Virus record (IMG/VR): IMGVR_UViG_3300045120_000498
Coordinates: 32,001 to 96,000 of that record
Length of the DNA: 64,000 nt
DNA from: a virus
Direction: 5' to 3' (one strand)
This document shows positions 27,079-35,572 of this stretch, in pieces. Position 1 is the first letter of the stretch; each line of letters opens with the position of its first letter. The position numbers and the translations under genes were made by a program. Under the pieces are notes generated by a model. It was not told the origin of the DNA, did no database searches, and was given only the letters and a program-made list of their open reading frames with translations.

Positions 27079-27272
27079 GTGAACACCCCGTCGTTCGCCT
27101 GCCCGACGAACCGCCGGACTTCCTCCAGCACCCACTCGCCGCGCCCAGCCGCGATCAGGTCGTTCGGCGACTCGCCTCCGAAGCGGCGGTTCTTGCCGCG
27201 CATGAACTGCTCCACGCCCTCGGCCGTGTAGACCTCCGACAGCATCAGCCGAACCTGCTCCGTCTCGGTCAT
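27075..27272 (-). CDS. Stand-alone Xre/MbcA/ParS-type antitoxin C-terminal toxin-binding domain
   Basis: EGVEQFMRGKNRRFGGESPNDLIAAGRGEWVLEEV...GVFT pattern; ATGA-coupled to RHH gene. Confidence 0.65.
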   Translation of the reverse strand: MTETEQVRLMLSEVYTAEGVEQFMRGKNRRFGGESPNDLIAAGRGEWVLEEVRRFVGQANDGVFT

Positions 27273-27544
27273 CCCGTCCACCCGCAGTACCCGCATCTCT
27301 GGCCCTTCCGGTGCCGCTGCTGATTCCGGCACTGCATCGTCCCGGCCGTGTTGCGAGACGGCACCACGCTCACCGCCGCGCCGCTCGTGCTCGTCACCTG
27401 GTAGCCCGGCCCGGCCAGCACGTTCTCGACGCACCCGCGGATGAACTCCGACATGCCAACGCCGCGCTGCTCCGCAGCCTCCCGCCACCGGTCGCGATCC
27501 GCTTCCGCCAGCCGTAGCCGCACCGTCGTGTCACTTGTAGCCAC
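27269..27544 (-). CDS. Ribbon-helix-helix (CopG-like) regulator with C-terminal Cys/His finger
   Basis: TVRLRLAEADRDRWREAAEQRGVGMSEFIR; CRN..H...CGYC; apparently leaderless. Confidence 0.8.
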   Translation of the reverse strand: MATSDTTVRLRLAEADRDRWREAAEQRGVGMSEFIRGCVENVLAGPGYQVTSTSGAAVSVVPSRNTAGTMQCRNQQRHRKGQRCGYCGWTG

Positions 27545-27580
27545 AACGGCGATCCTAGCACCAGTTGTAGCTACACGTCA
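27536..27580 (-). promoter_or_regulatory. RHH gene promoter with two palindromic sites
   Basis: TGTAGCTACA 27566-27575 and TGTAGCCACA 27536-27545 flank TGCTAGGAT -10. Confidence 0.6.
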
Positions 27581-27669
27581 CGAGCGGGGCCATCGCCACA
27601 GCAGCAGCGCAGCGATCACGAGGAACCCGACGATCAGTTCCACGGCAAGCACGATGTCCGCGACATCCA

Positions 27670-27900
27670 CTAGCGGCCGCGCTGGCGCTGCAACGCCGCG
27701 ATCCGGCGCTGCTCGAACTCGTCCAACTCCCTCGGCAGCACGTCCGACCCGGCCGGGTTCACCGCGATCCCCAACGCCTCCAGGATCGGCAGCGCGTCCG
27801 CCGGGTCAGCCATCCCCTCCCAGTACGCCGCGTACACCGCGTACGCGACCGACAGCCACGTCTCCCGCGACGCCGCGACGGTGATCTGCTCGCCGCTCAT
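27670..27900 (-). CDS. Hypothetical protein
   Basis: MSGEQITVAASRETW... Confidence 0.6.
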   Translation of the reverse strand: MSGEQITVAASRETWLSVAYAVYAAYWEGMADPADALPILEALGIAVNPAGSDVLPRELDEFEQRRIAALQRQRGR

Positions 27901-28079
27901 CGGCCGTTCACCAGCCGACTCAGCGTCTCCACCAGCAGGTCGCGCTCCGTGCACACGTGCCCGATGCCCCGCACCAGCGTGCGCGTCGGCAGCGCAGGCA
28001 CCATCGGCGGGATCGTCGGCGCCTGCCACTCGACCGGCACGTCCACGGCCGCGCCGCAGTCGGGGCACTCGACCGTCAT
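27897..28079 (-). CDS. Small zinc-finger protein
   Basis: CPDC...HVC. Confidence 0.6.
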   Translation of the reverse strand: MTVECPDCGAAVDVPVEWQAPTIPPMVPALPTRTLVRGIGHVCTERDLLVETLSRLVNGR

Positions 28080-28303
28080 GTCCAGTCTTCCAGGTGCCAG
28101 TCGTCCGGCGGCTCGGGCACCACGACTCGCAACACGCAGTCGTCGCGCAGCCGCAGTTCCATCTGGCCCAGCACCACCTCGTCGTTCTCGGTGACCGGCA
28201 GCAGCATCACGCCGTGCCGCATCGCCAGGCCCATGACCACGCCGCAGTAGAGCGCGTGCCGGGTGCGCCGCTCGGCCTGCTCGGCGGTCAGCAGGTCGGT
28301 CAT
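28076..28303 (-). CDS. Hypothetical protein
   Basis: Coupled ORF. Confidence 0.6.
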   Translation of the reverse strand: MTDLLTAEQAERRTRHALYCGVVMGLAMRHGVMLLPVTENDEVVLGQMELRLRDDCVLRVVVPEPPDDWHLEDWT

Positions 28304-28650
28304 GCCTCCACCAGCAGCCGCGCAAGTTCATCGTGGATGCCGCATAGGCCGCTCCGCCGCCCCGCGCGCCGACGACACCCATCCTCCCGGCATGTCCGAA
28401 CCCGACTCTCCCCGAGCGGGTCGCCCGCCTCGCGCCACCGCTCGTAGTGCCAGCGGCACCAGCCGCGGCTGTGTGCGGGGCGGTCGCATCCCTCGATGGA
28501 GCAGTAGCCCGCTGGCAACGCTCGCCTCGCGATAGACCGCGCCGCGAGGGGATCGCCGTGGCGCCGCCAGCGTGCGTAATGCGATGAGCACCAGGTGCGG
28601 GCGATCTGCGGATAGTCGCAGCCCGCCACGCTGCACGGCTCGCCGGTCAT
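28300..28650 (-). CDS. Triple C-x4-C-x8/9-C-x2-H zinc-finger protein
   Basis: CSVAGC..WCSSH; CSIEGC..WCRWH; CREDGC..LCGIH. Confidence 0.8.
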   Translation of the reverse strand: MTGEPCSVAGCDYPQIARTWCSSHYARWRRHGDPLAARSIARRALPAGYCSIEGCDRPAHSRGWCRWHYERWREAGDPLGESRVRTCREDGCRRRAGRRSGLCGIHDELARLLVEA

Positions 28651-29207
28651 GCCTCGACCAGCGCGTCAAGCTCATCCAGGAACGCGGCCTGCATCTCGTC
28701 CGGCACGAACCGCAGCGCCACCTTCACCATCTCGTCCGCGACGCGCGCGATGTCGCGCGGGTCCAGGCCGCGGCCCTGCTGGAGCGCGCGCGAGCGGTGC
28801 TCGGCGTCCATCCCGAACTGCACCATCCGCAGCACCGTCGCCGGTGGCATGTCCGCGATCCGCTTCAGCGCCTCGTCGTCGTCGTCGGGCAGCAGGTGCT
28901 TCACGCCCAGTTGCCACGCGCGGCGGCCGACTCCGGCGTGCTCGTCCAGCATCTTGCGGCGCATCTCGCCGCGTTCGATCTGATCGCGGGCCTGGTCGGC
29001 GGCGTCGGCTTCGGCGTCCCACGCGCGGACCCGGACGCGCCAGTCGTAGGTCCGGCTGAAGCGGGCCATGATCGTCTTCGACTTGCCGAACATCGCGGCG
29101 ACCTGCGCGTGCGACCGGTTCATCGGCCCCATGTCGCGGTATGCCTTGAACGCTGCCCAGGCTTGGTCTGACTCGTTGTCGCGGCGGTCCCAAGCCTTGG
29201 TCGGCAT
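28647..29207 (-). CDS. Terminase small subunit-like HTH protein
   Basis: [24 protein letters not shown]...GKS.....RFS..YDW..R..AWD family, often seen next to terL in other phages. Confidence 0.55.
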   Translation of the reverse strand: MPTKAWDRRDNESDQAWAAFKAYRDMGPMNRSHAQVAAMFGKSKTIMARFSRTYDWRVRVRAWDAEADAADQARDQIERGEMRRKMLDEHAGVGRRAWQLGVKHLLPDDDDEALKRIADMPPATVLRMVQFGMDAEHRSRALQQGRGLDPRDIARVADEMVKVALRFVPDEMQAAFLDELDALVEA

Positions 29208-29240
29208 GGCACTATCGTACAACCGGTGCGTAACGGTCAG

Positions 29241-29417
29241 TCACACGCGGGTCAGGGCTAGCTGCGCGAACGGTACGCGGCGTCCGAACTCGAAGATCGG
29301 TCGCACGAGCAGCACCGTCTCGGCGGCGAAGTCAATCTCGCCGATCCGCCATACGCGGCAGTCCCAGTAGACCGGCGTCTCGGCTTCCGCTGCTTCCCGT
29401 ACCTCGTCCGCGGTCAT
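29241..29417 (-). CDS. Hypothetical protein
   Basis: MTADEVREAA... Confidence 0.55.
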   Translation of the reverse strand: MTADEVREAAEAETPVYWDCRVWRIGEIDFAAETVLLVRPIFEFGRRVPFAQLALTRV

Positions 29418-29764
29418 CGCGGCGGCTTGCAGTCGGCGTGGGTGTAGTAGCTGCCCCACATGGTGGCGACGGGAGCCTTCCAGCGCGTGCCGTCCCACTC
29501 GGCTTCGCCCTTCAGGTAGCCGCCGTAGATGCCGACCGGCTGGCCGCAGCGGACGCAGACGCAGTTCACGACCGGCGGGCGGCGCTTATCCTCGGGCATC
29601 ACAGGCCGCCGAGTAGCCCGGCGACGGCCAGCTTCGACAGATACGCCGCCAGGATCACGGCCACGGCGACTATCGGCGTCCACGGCGGACGCACCCCCGC
29701 CCAGCGCAATGCCAGGGCCATCGGAACCCCGAGCGCCACGCCCAGCAGCAGCGCACTGAACAGG

Positions 29765-29953
29765 TCAGAGTCGGGCATCGTCCGCGTCCTTGTGCAGCAG
29801 CGTGACCCGGAACGTCGCGCCCTCGCGCGGGTCGGGTGCGTGCGCGTTGAGCGCGTCGCCGACCGTCTCGGCCACGATCACGCGGTTCGTCAGCACGCGG
29901 TCGTCCTCGTCGGGGAAGCGGCTGTCTAGCGTCTCGACCCGTACGACCATCAT
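29765..29953 (-). CDS. Hypothetical protein, first gene after a boxed promoter
   Basis: MMVVRVETLDS...; GGAAAGG RBS. Confidence 0.65.
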   Translation of the reverse strand: MMVVRVETLDSRFPDEDDRVLTNRVIVAETVGDALNAHAPDPREGATFRVTLLHKDADDARL

Positions 29954-29963
29954 CGGGGACCTG

Positions 29964-30016
29964 CCTTTCCGCGGGTTCCTCCCGCACGTCTGAGAATAGC
30001 ACACTTCGTGTGTATT
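29964..30016 (-). promoter_or_regulatory. Promoter/operator box + hairpin-SD leader
   Basis: Box 29997-30016; -10 TATTCT. Confidence 0.8.
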
Positions 30017-30601
30017 TCAGCGGGTCACGATGCGGCCCTGGCCCTTGCACATCACGCACTCCGTCTCGCCCCCGGCGGGGTCCACGACCACCGTGCCGTA
30101 GCCCGAGCACTTCGGGCATCGCAGCACCTTGCCGGGCATCGTGCCGGTCAGATGGATGCGCGCCAGGCCGCGGATCGCGCTCACGCCGACCGGCCCCACC
30201 GGAACGTCGGCGCGTGGCGTTGCGCGCCGCACCGGCGGCAGCGTTCCAGCCACACGACCTTCGGGTCGCGCTTCCAGCGGTGCCGGATCGTGCACAGGTA
30301 CGGGCGGCGGGGCAGCTTCAGCTTCACGCCAGCAGGCGGACGCCGGTGCCGCCGCACGACGTGCACTCGTGCGTGGCGATGATCGGGTCGAGGCAGCAGC
30401 GGCCCTGCACGAGGTTGCCGCAGCAGCGGTAGTCAAAGTCCAGGCCGTGCTCGCATTCGCACGGGGACGAGAGTAGGGCGGCGGGCGCCGCGACGGCCAA
30501 CGGCGTCGTGGTCACGTACTCGGTTTGGGTTGTCATCGGGTGGGCCTTCGATGGGTCGGCGAAGCAGCCGCCGACGTGTGGCAGGAAGTAGCGGAGCGTG
30601 C

Positions 30602-30880
30602 CTACGAGCCGCGGGGTGGCGGACGTACGGGTAGCTCGGTGCCGCACAAGCGGCAGGCTGTGTCCCGCTCGTGCAGTGCGCCGCATCCGCTACACACGGT
30701 GTGTGTCAGTTCGGCGTACACGAGCGTGCCGTGGATCAGTCGGTGCATCAGGCGTCCTGCGCCGCCGCGCAGGTAGACGGTGTTGGGCGGTGCGGAGTTG
30801 ACCCACATCGCGTGCGCGGAACGGCTCACGGTGAGGATCGCTCCATCGAGCGGCCCTCCCCATACCTGAACGGCGCCCAC
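30602..30880 (-). CDS. Small CxxC...CxxC protein
   Basis: CSGC...CRLC. Confidence 0.6.
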   Translation of the reverse strand: MGAVQVWGGPLDGAILTVSRSAHAMWVNSAPPNTVYLRGGAGRLMHRLIHGTLVYAELTHTVCSGCGALHERDTACRLCGTELPVRPPPRGS

Positions 30881-30912
30881 GCGGCGAGTCTAGCGCGCGT
30901 GTCCAGGAAGCG

Positions 30913-30951
30913 CGAAGCCCGCGCTCGCCGGGGCAACGAGCGCGGGCTTCG
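30913..30951 (-). terminator. 15-bp hairpin
   Basis: CGAAGCCCGCGCTCG / CGAGCGCGGGCTTCG. Confidence 0.55.
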
Positions 30952-31007
30952 GTGTCAGGCTCGGCGCGGAGGGTGGGGGAGGAATGCGCCGTGCCTGCTC
31001 CGGGTCG

Positions 31008-31373
31008 TTAGGGCGAGATGCCCGCGGCCCGAAGGTCGTAGTGGCAGTCGTCGCCACTGATCGCTGCTAGCAGAAGGTGCAACGCTGCTCCGTCGGTGTC
31101 GTTCTTCAGGGTGAGCTTATCTGCCAGATACGACGCCATCGGGGCGCCGACGGGGAACTCGTAGCTCGTTCCGAAGTTCAGGATGGCGACGATCCACTGA
31201 TCGGGGTATTCGTGCTTGGCGGGGCCGACCTGCTCGGCGTAGTTCACGATCAGGATGTCGTACCGGGTGCCGTTGCCGGGCTGGTACTCGACGCGCACCG
31301 TGCCGTTCGAGTGGAGCGTGTTGCGAGCGTCGGCGCCCAGCGCGGCGATGCCCTCCAGCGTCATCGCGGGCAT
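31008..31373 (-). CDS. Hypothetical protein
   Basis: YQPGNGTRYDILIV... Confidence 0.7.
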   Translation of the reverse strand: MPAMTLEGIAALGADARNTLHSNGTVRVEYQPGNGTRYDILIVNYAEQVGPAKHEYPDQWIVAILNFGTSYEFPVGAPMASYLADKLTLKNDTDGAALHLLLAAISGDDCHYDLRAAGISP

Positions 31374-31717
31374 CAGCCGCCATCCCTCTCCACCAGCAGC
31401 CAGTTGGGCGCCGGACGCTCGTCCAGTTCGACCTTGTATCCGACCCCGCGGAGGAAGGCGGCGAGCCGGTCCAGCGGCTCGTTAGCGAACACGGCCATGA
31501 TCCGGTCGGCCTTATCCTCGACGCCTTCGCCGAGAAACAGCGCCTCGATGATCTTCGCGCGCAGGGTAGGCGACTCAGCCGCGCCGGTTTCAAGGTCGAG
31601 GCGCCGCGCTGTCTCCGGCGGGATGCCGTCGTGACCGTTCTCGCAGACCGGCCCGTACTCGCCCATCGCGACGATCTTGCCGCCGCACACCTCGCAGACC
31701 GCCTCGGCCTCGCTCAT
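31373..31717 (-). CDS. Hypothetical protein with CxxC
   Basis: MSEAEAVCEVC... Confidence 0.65.
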   Translation of the reverse strand: MSEAEAVCEVCGGKIVAMGEYGPVCENGHDGIPPETARRLDLETGAAESPTLRAKIIEALFLGEGVEDKADRIMAVFANEPLDRLAAFLRGVGYKVELDERPAPNWLLVERDGG

Positions 31718-32094
31718 GCCAGCCCTCCCGGCATCGCGGGCACCGCGTGCTGCGCGAGCATCCCGGTGCGGAACGTCGTGGACGCCATCGCGCCGATGGT
31801 GTAGAAGCCGCCGTCGAGCCAGCTTCGCGTCGTGAGCCAGTTCTTGAACGTGCGCTCGAACTCGCGCCGCGACATCTCGTAGGCCACGGCCGGGCGATCC
31901 GTCGGGTACGTCTCGACGCGGAACCGCTCGTCGAGTTCCATCCGTTCGATCAGCCCGCGGTAGGCGGAGAAGTTCGCGTTCTCGTGCGCGAACACGATCC
32001 CACGTGCGGCCTCGGCCGGGGTCGGGTTGCGCAGCGTGGTGCACGTGACGCGCGCCGGGTGCGGGCGCCGCAGAATGTCCGGCTCGTAGCTCAT
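31714..32094 (-). CDS. Hypothetical protein ending MPGGLA
   Basis: MSYEPDILRR... Confidence 0.65.
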   Translation of the reverse strand: MSYEPDILRRPHPARVTCTTLRNPTPAEAARGIVFAHENANFSAYRGLIERMELDERFRVETYPTDRPAVAYEMSRREFERTFKNWLTTRSWLDGGFYTIGAMASTTFRTGMLAQHAVPAMPGGLA

Positions 32095-32423
32095 GCCAGC
32101 CCTCCCGGCATCTGCGCGGCGCCGTCCGGGTCGAACGTCGCGACCCACGCGCGGAGCAGGTCGATACCGCGCACGACAGCCTTGTGCTCGCCCCAGTTCA
32201 GGGTGATGAAGTCGGTGCCCATCCCGGTGCCGGTCTGGACGCTGCCGACGGAGGACCCGTCGTCGCCCTCCAGGTCGAACATCTGCGCTCGGAACCCGCA
32301 CGCGATGGACTCAATCGTGCTGATGTAGGCGTACGGCACGGCCAAGTCGGCGGTGCGCTGCTTCCCGAGCATCCCGCTCATCGTGGCCTGCTCGCCGTCA
32401 CTGGTCTGTACCCTCGCGTCCAC
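32091..32423 (-). CDS. Hypothetical protein ending MPGGLA
   Basis: GTG start with GGAGAGGAG RBS. Confidence 0.65.
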   Translation of the reverse strand: MDARVQTSDGEQATMSGMLGKQRTADLAVPYAYISTIESIACGFRAQMFDLEGDDGSSVGSVQTGTGMGTDFITLNWGEHKAVVRGIDLLRAWVATFDPDGAAQMPGGLA

Positions 32424-32462
32424 TCGTGCTCCTCTCCGCGGCCGTTGCCGCTGGTCGTTGGA

Positions 32463-32537
32463 TGCCGCTGCCGGGAGTCGAACCCGGACGCCTGCCCACA
32501 GTGGAGTCGGGGCGAGCGCAGCCGATCTGACAGCGGT
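32463..32537 (-). tRNA. Degenerate tRNA-like element (possible CCA anticodon)
   Basis: Perfect T-arm CCGGG-TTCGACT-CCCGG; 6-bp acceptor CCGCTG/CAGCGG; 75 nt; D and anticodon arms poorly paired. Confidence 0.4.
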
Positions 32538-32652
32538 GCCGGAGCCGACGTGGTTGACAGGGCTGGCTCCATGCCCTTCGGAGGAATGCCGGGGCGCGAA
32601 AGGTGAACGCACCGGCTTGTCGTTAGGCCACTCACGTCTAGGCCCGGCGCTC

Positions 32653-32853
32653 TCAGCCGTCTCCGGCCAGGCGCCTAATCTCGTTCGCGTACGACCGCCA
32701 GTAGTCGTGCAGGCTGTCGTTCAGCAGCTTCTCGGCCGCCTTGCGCAGGCTCCAGCGGCCGTCGCAGGGCGCCAGCGCCCAGTCTTCCCGGGCGTGCGTG
32801 ATGCCGTCCTCGGGCAGCATCTTCGGCAGCGGCGTTACCGTCGCGGCGGTCAC
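32653..32853 (-). CDS. Hypothetical protein
   Basis: GTGA overlap. Confidence 0.6.
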   Translation of the reverse strand: MTAATVTPLPKMLPEDGITHAREDWALAPCDGRWSLRKAAEKLLNDSLHDYWRSYANEIRRLAGDG

Positions 32854-33110
32854 GGCGTGCCCTTCGCCTGCCGCGCCTGGAGCCGGTCGGCGAACTCGCG
32901 CATCACGAACTGCGCTTCGGCCGCGGGCATCTTCGGGGTGGTCGCCGTCCACGACGAGCCGCCGATGCTCTGCACCGCGATGGCCGTGCCGTAGTCCCAC
33001 AGCCCGCTGTTGCCGGGCCTCTCGGCGTTCTTCATCCCCTGGTGGTAGGCGCCCTGGAGCGCGCGCATCTCGTCCGTGGTCGCGCTGTCGATGTGAATGG
33101 CGATCCTCAC
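32850..33110 (-). CDS. Hypothetical protein
   Basis: Hairpin plus GGAGAGG leader at 33121-33143. Confidence 0.65.
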   Translation of the reverse strand: MRIAIHIDSATTDEMRALQGAYHQGMKNAERPGNSGLWDYGTAIAVQSIGGSSWTATTPKMPAAEAQFVMREFADRLQARQAKGTP

Positions 33111-33291
33111 TCGCCCGTCCCCTCTCCGCGGGTCGGAACCCGCAAGTCGATCAGTTCGATGCTCGCCGTCGGCCGTGGCGCGTGCTCGCCGCACGCCTCC
33201 CACGTCCGCCTGATCCGGCGGCCGTGCGTCTCCATCACGAGCACGTCGGCCGGAGCGCCGCAGGTGACCCCGCGCGTGTGCCGCGCGCAGG

Positions 33292-33597
33292 TCACGCCAG
33301 CGTCTCCCGGGCGATGCCGTGCGTGCGCCGGTGCGCAGCGTTGACCGCGCCCAGCACCTCGGCCGCCGTCAACTCGCGGTAGTCGGTGATGAACAGGTCC
33401 TCGCCGAAGGTGAGCAGGTAGTACCCGGCGTTCAGGCGCCCGTCCGTGCGGCTGTTCGTGATCCGCTCCGCGAGCGCGGCGTCGTCGGCCACGTAGGCCG
33501 TGACCGTGCCGGTGCCGGTGGTGCTGACGGTGAACTGGAATCGCTCGATCGCGTGGTCGAAGATCACGTTCAGCAGGTAGACGTTCTGGGTCGCCAT
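33292..33597 (-). CDS. Hypothetical protein, first gene after a boxed promoter
   Basis: MATQNVYLLNV... Confidence 0.7.
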   Translation of the reverse strand: MATQNVYLLNVIFDHAIERFQFTVSTTGTGTVTAYVADDAALAERITNSRTDGRLNAGYYLLTFGEDLFITDYRELTAAEVLGAVNAAHRRTHGIARETLA

Positions 33598-33608
33598 CTC
33601 GAACCGTC

Positions 33609-33661
33609 CCTTTCCGCGGGGTTCTCCCCGCACTCCAAGTGTAGCACACGTTGTGTGTATC
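33609..33661 (-). promoter_or_regulatory. Consensus promoter/operator box + hairpin-SD leader
   Basis: Box 33642-33661; -10 TACACT. Confidence 0.85.
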
Positions 33662-33672
33662 GCGCCGGTCGA

Positions 33673-33930
33673 TCAGCAGCGCGGTCGTGTCAGCCGATCC
33701 TCGATGTCGCGCAGCACCTCGGGCGCGACGTTCGGGTCGTCGTTTAGGGTGAGCACCTGCCCGTAGCCGGTGCCCAACTGGCCGAGCCACACGCCCGTCC
33801 AGCGCGCGTCCGCCGCGCACTGCACGCAGAAGTTCCCCCACGGCCCGAACGTCGTCTTCACGTCCACCCGTGCGTCGCCGCCGCACACGTCGCACGACGG
33901 CAGCTTCGCGACCTGCACCCACTCGCCCAT
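33673..33930 (-). CDS. Conserved phage zinc-binding protein (CDxC...GPW..CxxC...LGxGxGQ type)
   Basis: CDVC...TTFGPWGNFCVQC...LGTGYGQ. Confidence 0.75.
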   Translation of the reverse strand: MGEWVQVAKLPSCDVCGGDARVDVKTTFGPWGNFCVQCAADARWTGVWLGQLGTGYGQVLTLNDDPNVAPEVLRDIEDRLTRPRC

Positions 33931-34130
33931 CACGAGCCTCCCACGATCATGCGGGGCGGCTCGACGCCGCAGCGGTAGTCGGCCGCGGCGTGCCACGGCT
34001 TCGAGTCGCAGTTCACGCAGCGGACCTCGTAGTCGTCGCCACCGCCCATCGCGGCGAAGTGGTGCGTCGCGCGGTTCTCGGCGCGCTCCGCGTCGGTGCC
34101 GGTGAAGCGGACTGGCATGTCCATCGCCAT
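33930..34130 (-). CDS. Small Cys/His protein
   Basis: THHF...CVNC...YRC. Confidence 0.6.
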   Translation of the reverse strand: MAMDMPVRFTGTDAERAENRATHHFAAMGGGDDYEVRCVNCDSKPWHAAADYRCGVEPPRMIVGGS

Positions 34131-34348
34131 CAGACCTGGCCCTCCAGCACCATCTCCGCGACGACCTTGGCGAGCGTGCGGCGCGCCGTCATCAGTTCGC
34201 TGACCCCGGCGCGGACGCCCGAGGCGCCGCTGGTGCCCTCGGCCTGCATCTCGGCGCGCACCGTCTCGACGTTCATGACCAGGTTGTCGAGCGCCGTGAT
34301 CATGCCCTCCAGCCTCGCGATGTAGCAGTCGTTCGTAGCGTTCGTCAT
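34130..34348 (-). CDS. Helical hypothetical protein, first gene after a boxed promoter
   Basis: MTNATNDCYIARLEG... Confidence 0.7.
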   Translation of the reverse strand: MTNATNDCYIARLEGMITALDNLVMNVETVRAEMQAEGTSGASGVRAGVSELMTARRTLAKVVAEMVLEGQV

Positions 34349-34359
34349 CTCCGAGCCGT

Positions 34360-34432
34360 CCTTTCCGCGGGACCCTTCCCGCACACGGAGCATAGCACAT
34401 TCCGTGTGTATCGCGCCGCCAACGTGTGTATC
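34360..34432 (-). promoter_or_regulatory. Promoter/operator box with tandem half-box + hairpin-SD leader
   Basis: Box 34393-34412; -10 TATGCT; second GTGTGTATC ending at 34432. Confidence 0.8.
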
Positions 34433-34448
34433 ATGGCGGCGCGGAGGT

Positions 34449-34487
34449 GGCCGCCGGGCCGGACCGCGAAGCCCGGACCCGGCGGCC
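34449..34487 (-). terminator. GC-rich hairpin
   Basis: GGCCGCCGGG / CCCGGCGGCC stem. Confidence 0.5.
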
Positions 34488-34492
34488 CTCCC

Positions 34493-34699
34493 CTACTCAG
34501 CCTCGCGGATCACGACCGTCCGTTCGTACTTGCGCGGCGAGTTCGTGTACCGCGCGACGTACGTCCCGGCGTGCGAGATGACCGCGAACTGGTACGTGCG
34601 CTCGGACATGCGCCGCCCGATCACGTCGCCCGCCGAGTTGCGGACGACGTGCAGGAACCGCTTGCCCTTCGGCTCGCGCGTGGCGGTGTAGACAGTCAT
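34493..34699 (-). CDS. Hypothetical protein
   Basis: GGGAAAGGGG RBS. Confidence 0.65.
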   Translation of the reverse strand: MTVYTATREPKGKRFLHVVRNSAGDVIGRRMSERTYQFAVISHAGTYVARYTNSPRKYERTVVIREAE

Positions 34700-34995
34700 C
34701 GGTCGTCCCCTTTCCCTAGCGTTCGGTCAAGCTCGGCCTTCATCCGCTCCCACATGCCGGGCTGCGGCTCGCGGGAACGCTCGACCAGGATGTTGTCCGG
34801 GCCGCGCTCCAGCACCGCCGCCCAGACCGTCTCGTCCTCGGGGTAGTCGGGCGTGTAGAACACGCACACGAGCTTGCTCCGCGGCGGCACCGTCACGGCC
34901 ATCACCAGGTCGGTCGTGGTGCCCAGCACCTCGGCCACCTCGTGCATCGCCGGAGCGGTGCGGTCCACCCAGCGGACATCGGGGTCGCCGGTCAT
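34696..34995 (-). CDS. Hypothetical protein
   Basis: MTGDPDVRWVD... Confidence 0.65.
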   Translation of the reverse strand: MTGDPDVRWVDRTAPAMHEVAEVLGTTTDLVMAVTVPPRSKLVCVFYTPDYPEDETVWAAVLERGPDNILVERSREPQPGMWERMKAELDRTLGKGDDR

Positions 34996-35204
34996 ACCGT
35001 CGTCACCTTCCAGCACTCGCCGTGCTCCGGGTGCGCCGCGATGTGCTGGACGCTGCCGGGCCACTGGTAGCCGAAGTCGTAGCCCAGCGCCGCCTGCCGC
35101 ACGCGGGCGACGGCCTCCTCCTTGCCGCGCGCCTCGGCCTCGGCCGCGTCGTCGTAGTAGGCCCAGCCGACCTTGCAGCCGGACTCGGTGTGGATCAGCG
35201 CCAT
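34992..35204 (-). CDS. Hypothetical protein behind a long structured leader
   Basis: MALIHTESGCKVGW... Confidence 0.7.
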   Translation of the reverse strand: MALIHTESGCKVGWAYYDDAAEAEARGKEEAVARVRQAALGYDFGYQWPGSVQHIAAHPEHGECWKVTTV

Positions 35205-35321
35205 CTCCGTGCCTCGCTTCCCGCGGGGTCAGTCCCCGCCTCGGGTTTCCTGGAGCAGGGCGCGCCGCCGGTGGGAGATTGACGACCCCCGGATCAGGCG
35301 ACGCAGCCTGCTCCAAACCGA

Positions 35322-35345
35322 AGTATAGCATACGGCGTGTGTATC
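35322..35345 (-). promoter_or_regulatory. Promoter/operator box
   Basis: Box 35326-35345; -10 TATACT. Confidence 0.8.
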
Positions 35346-35374
35346 GCCTTCAGGCCCCGCCTGGCCTGGCGCCC

Positions 35375-35572
35375 TCAGTCAGTCGATTTTGGCCTCCGCA
35401 GGCCGTCACGCGCGACGCTCGCGCGGACCATCGCCAACTGCCGCTCGGCGTCCCGCATCCGGGTCAGGTCGCCCGGGAACTCGCCCGTCCGGCGCAGCCG
35501 CTCCGCGTACGCCCGATGCGCGTCGGCCACCAGCCGGTGCGCCCGCTCTAGCGCCTCCAGGTCATCCGCCAC
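35375..35572 (-). CDS. Hypothetical protein
   Basis: ORF track. Confidence 0.6.
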   Translation of the reverse strand: MADDLEALERAHRLVADAHRAYAERLRRTGEFPGDLTRMRDAERQLAMVRASVARDGLRRPKSTD

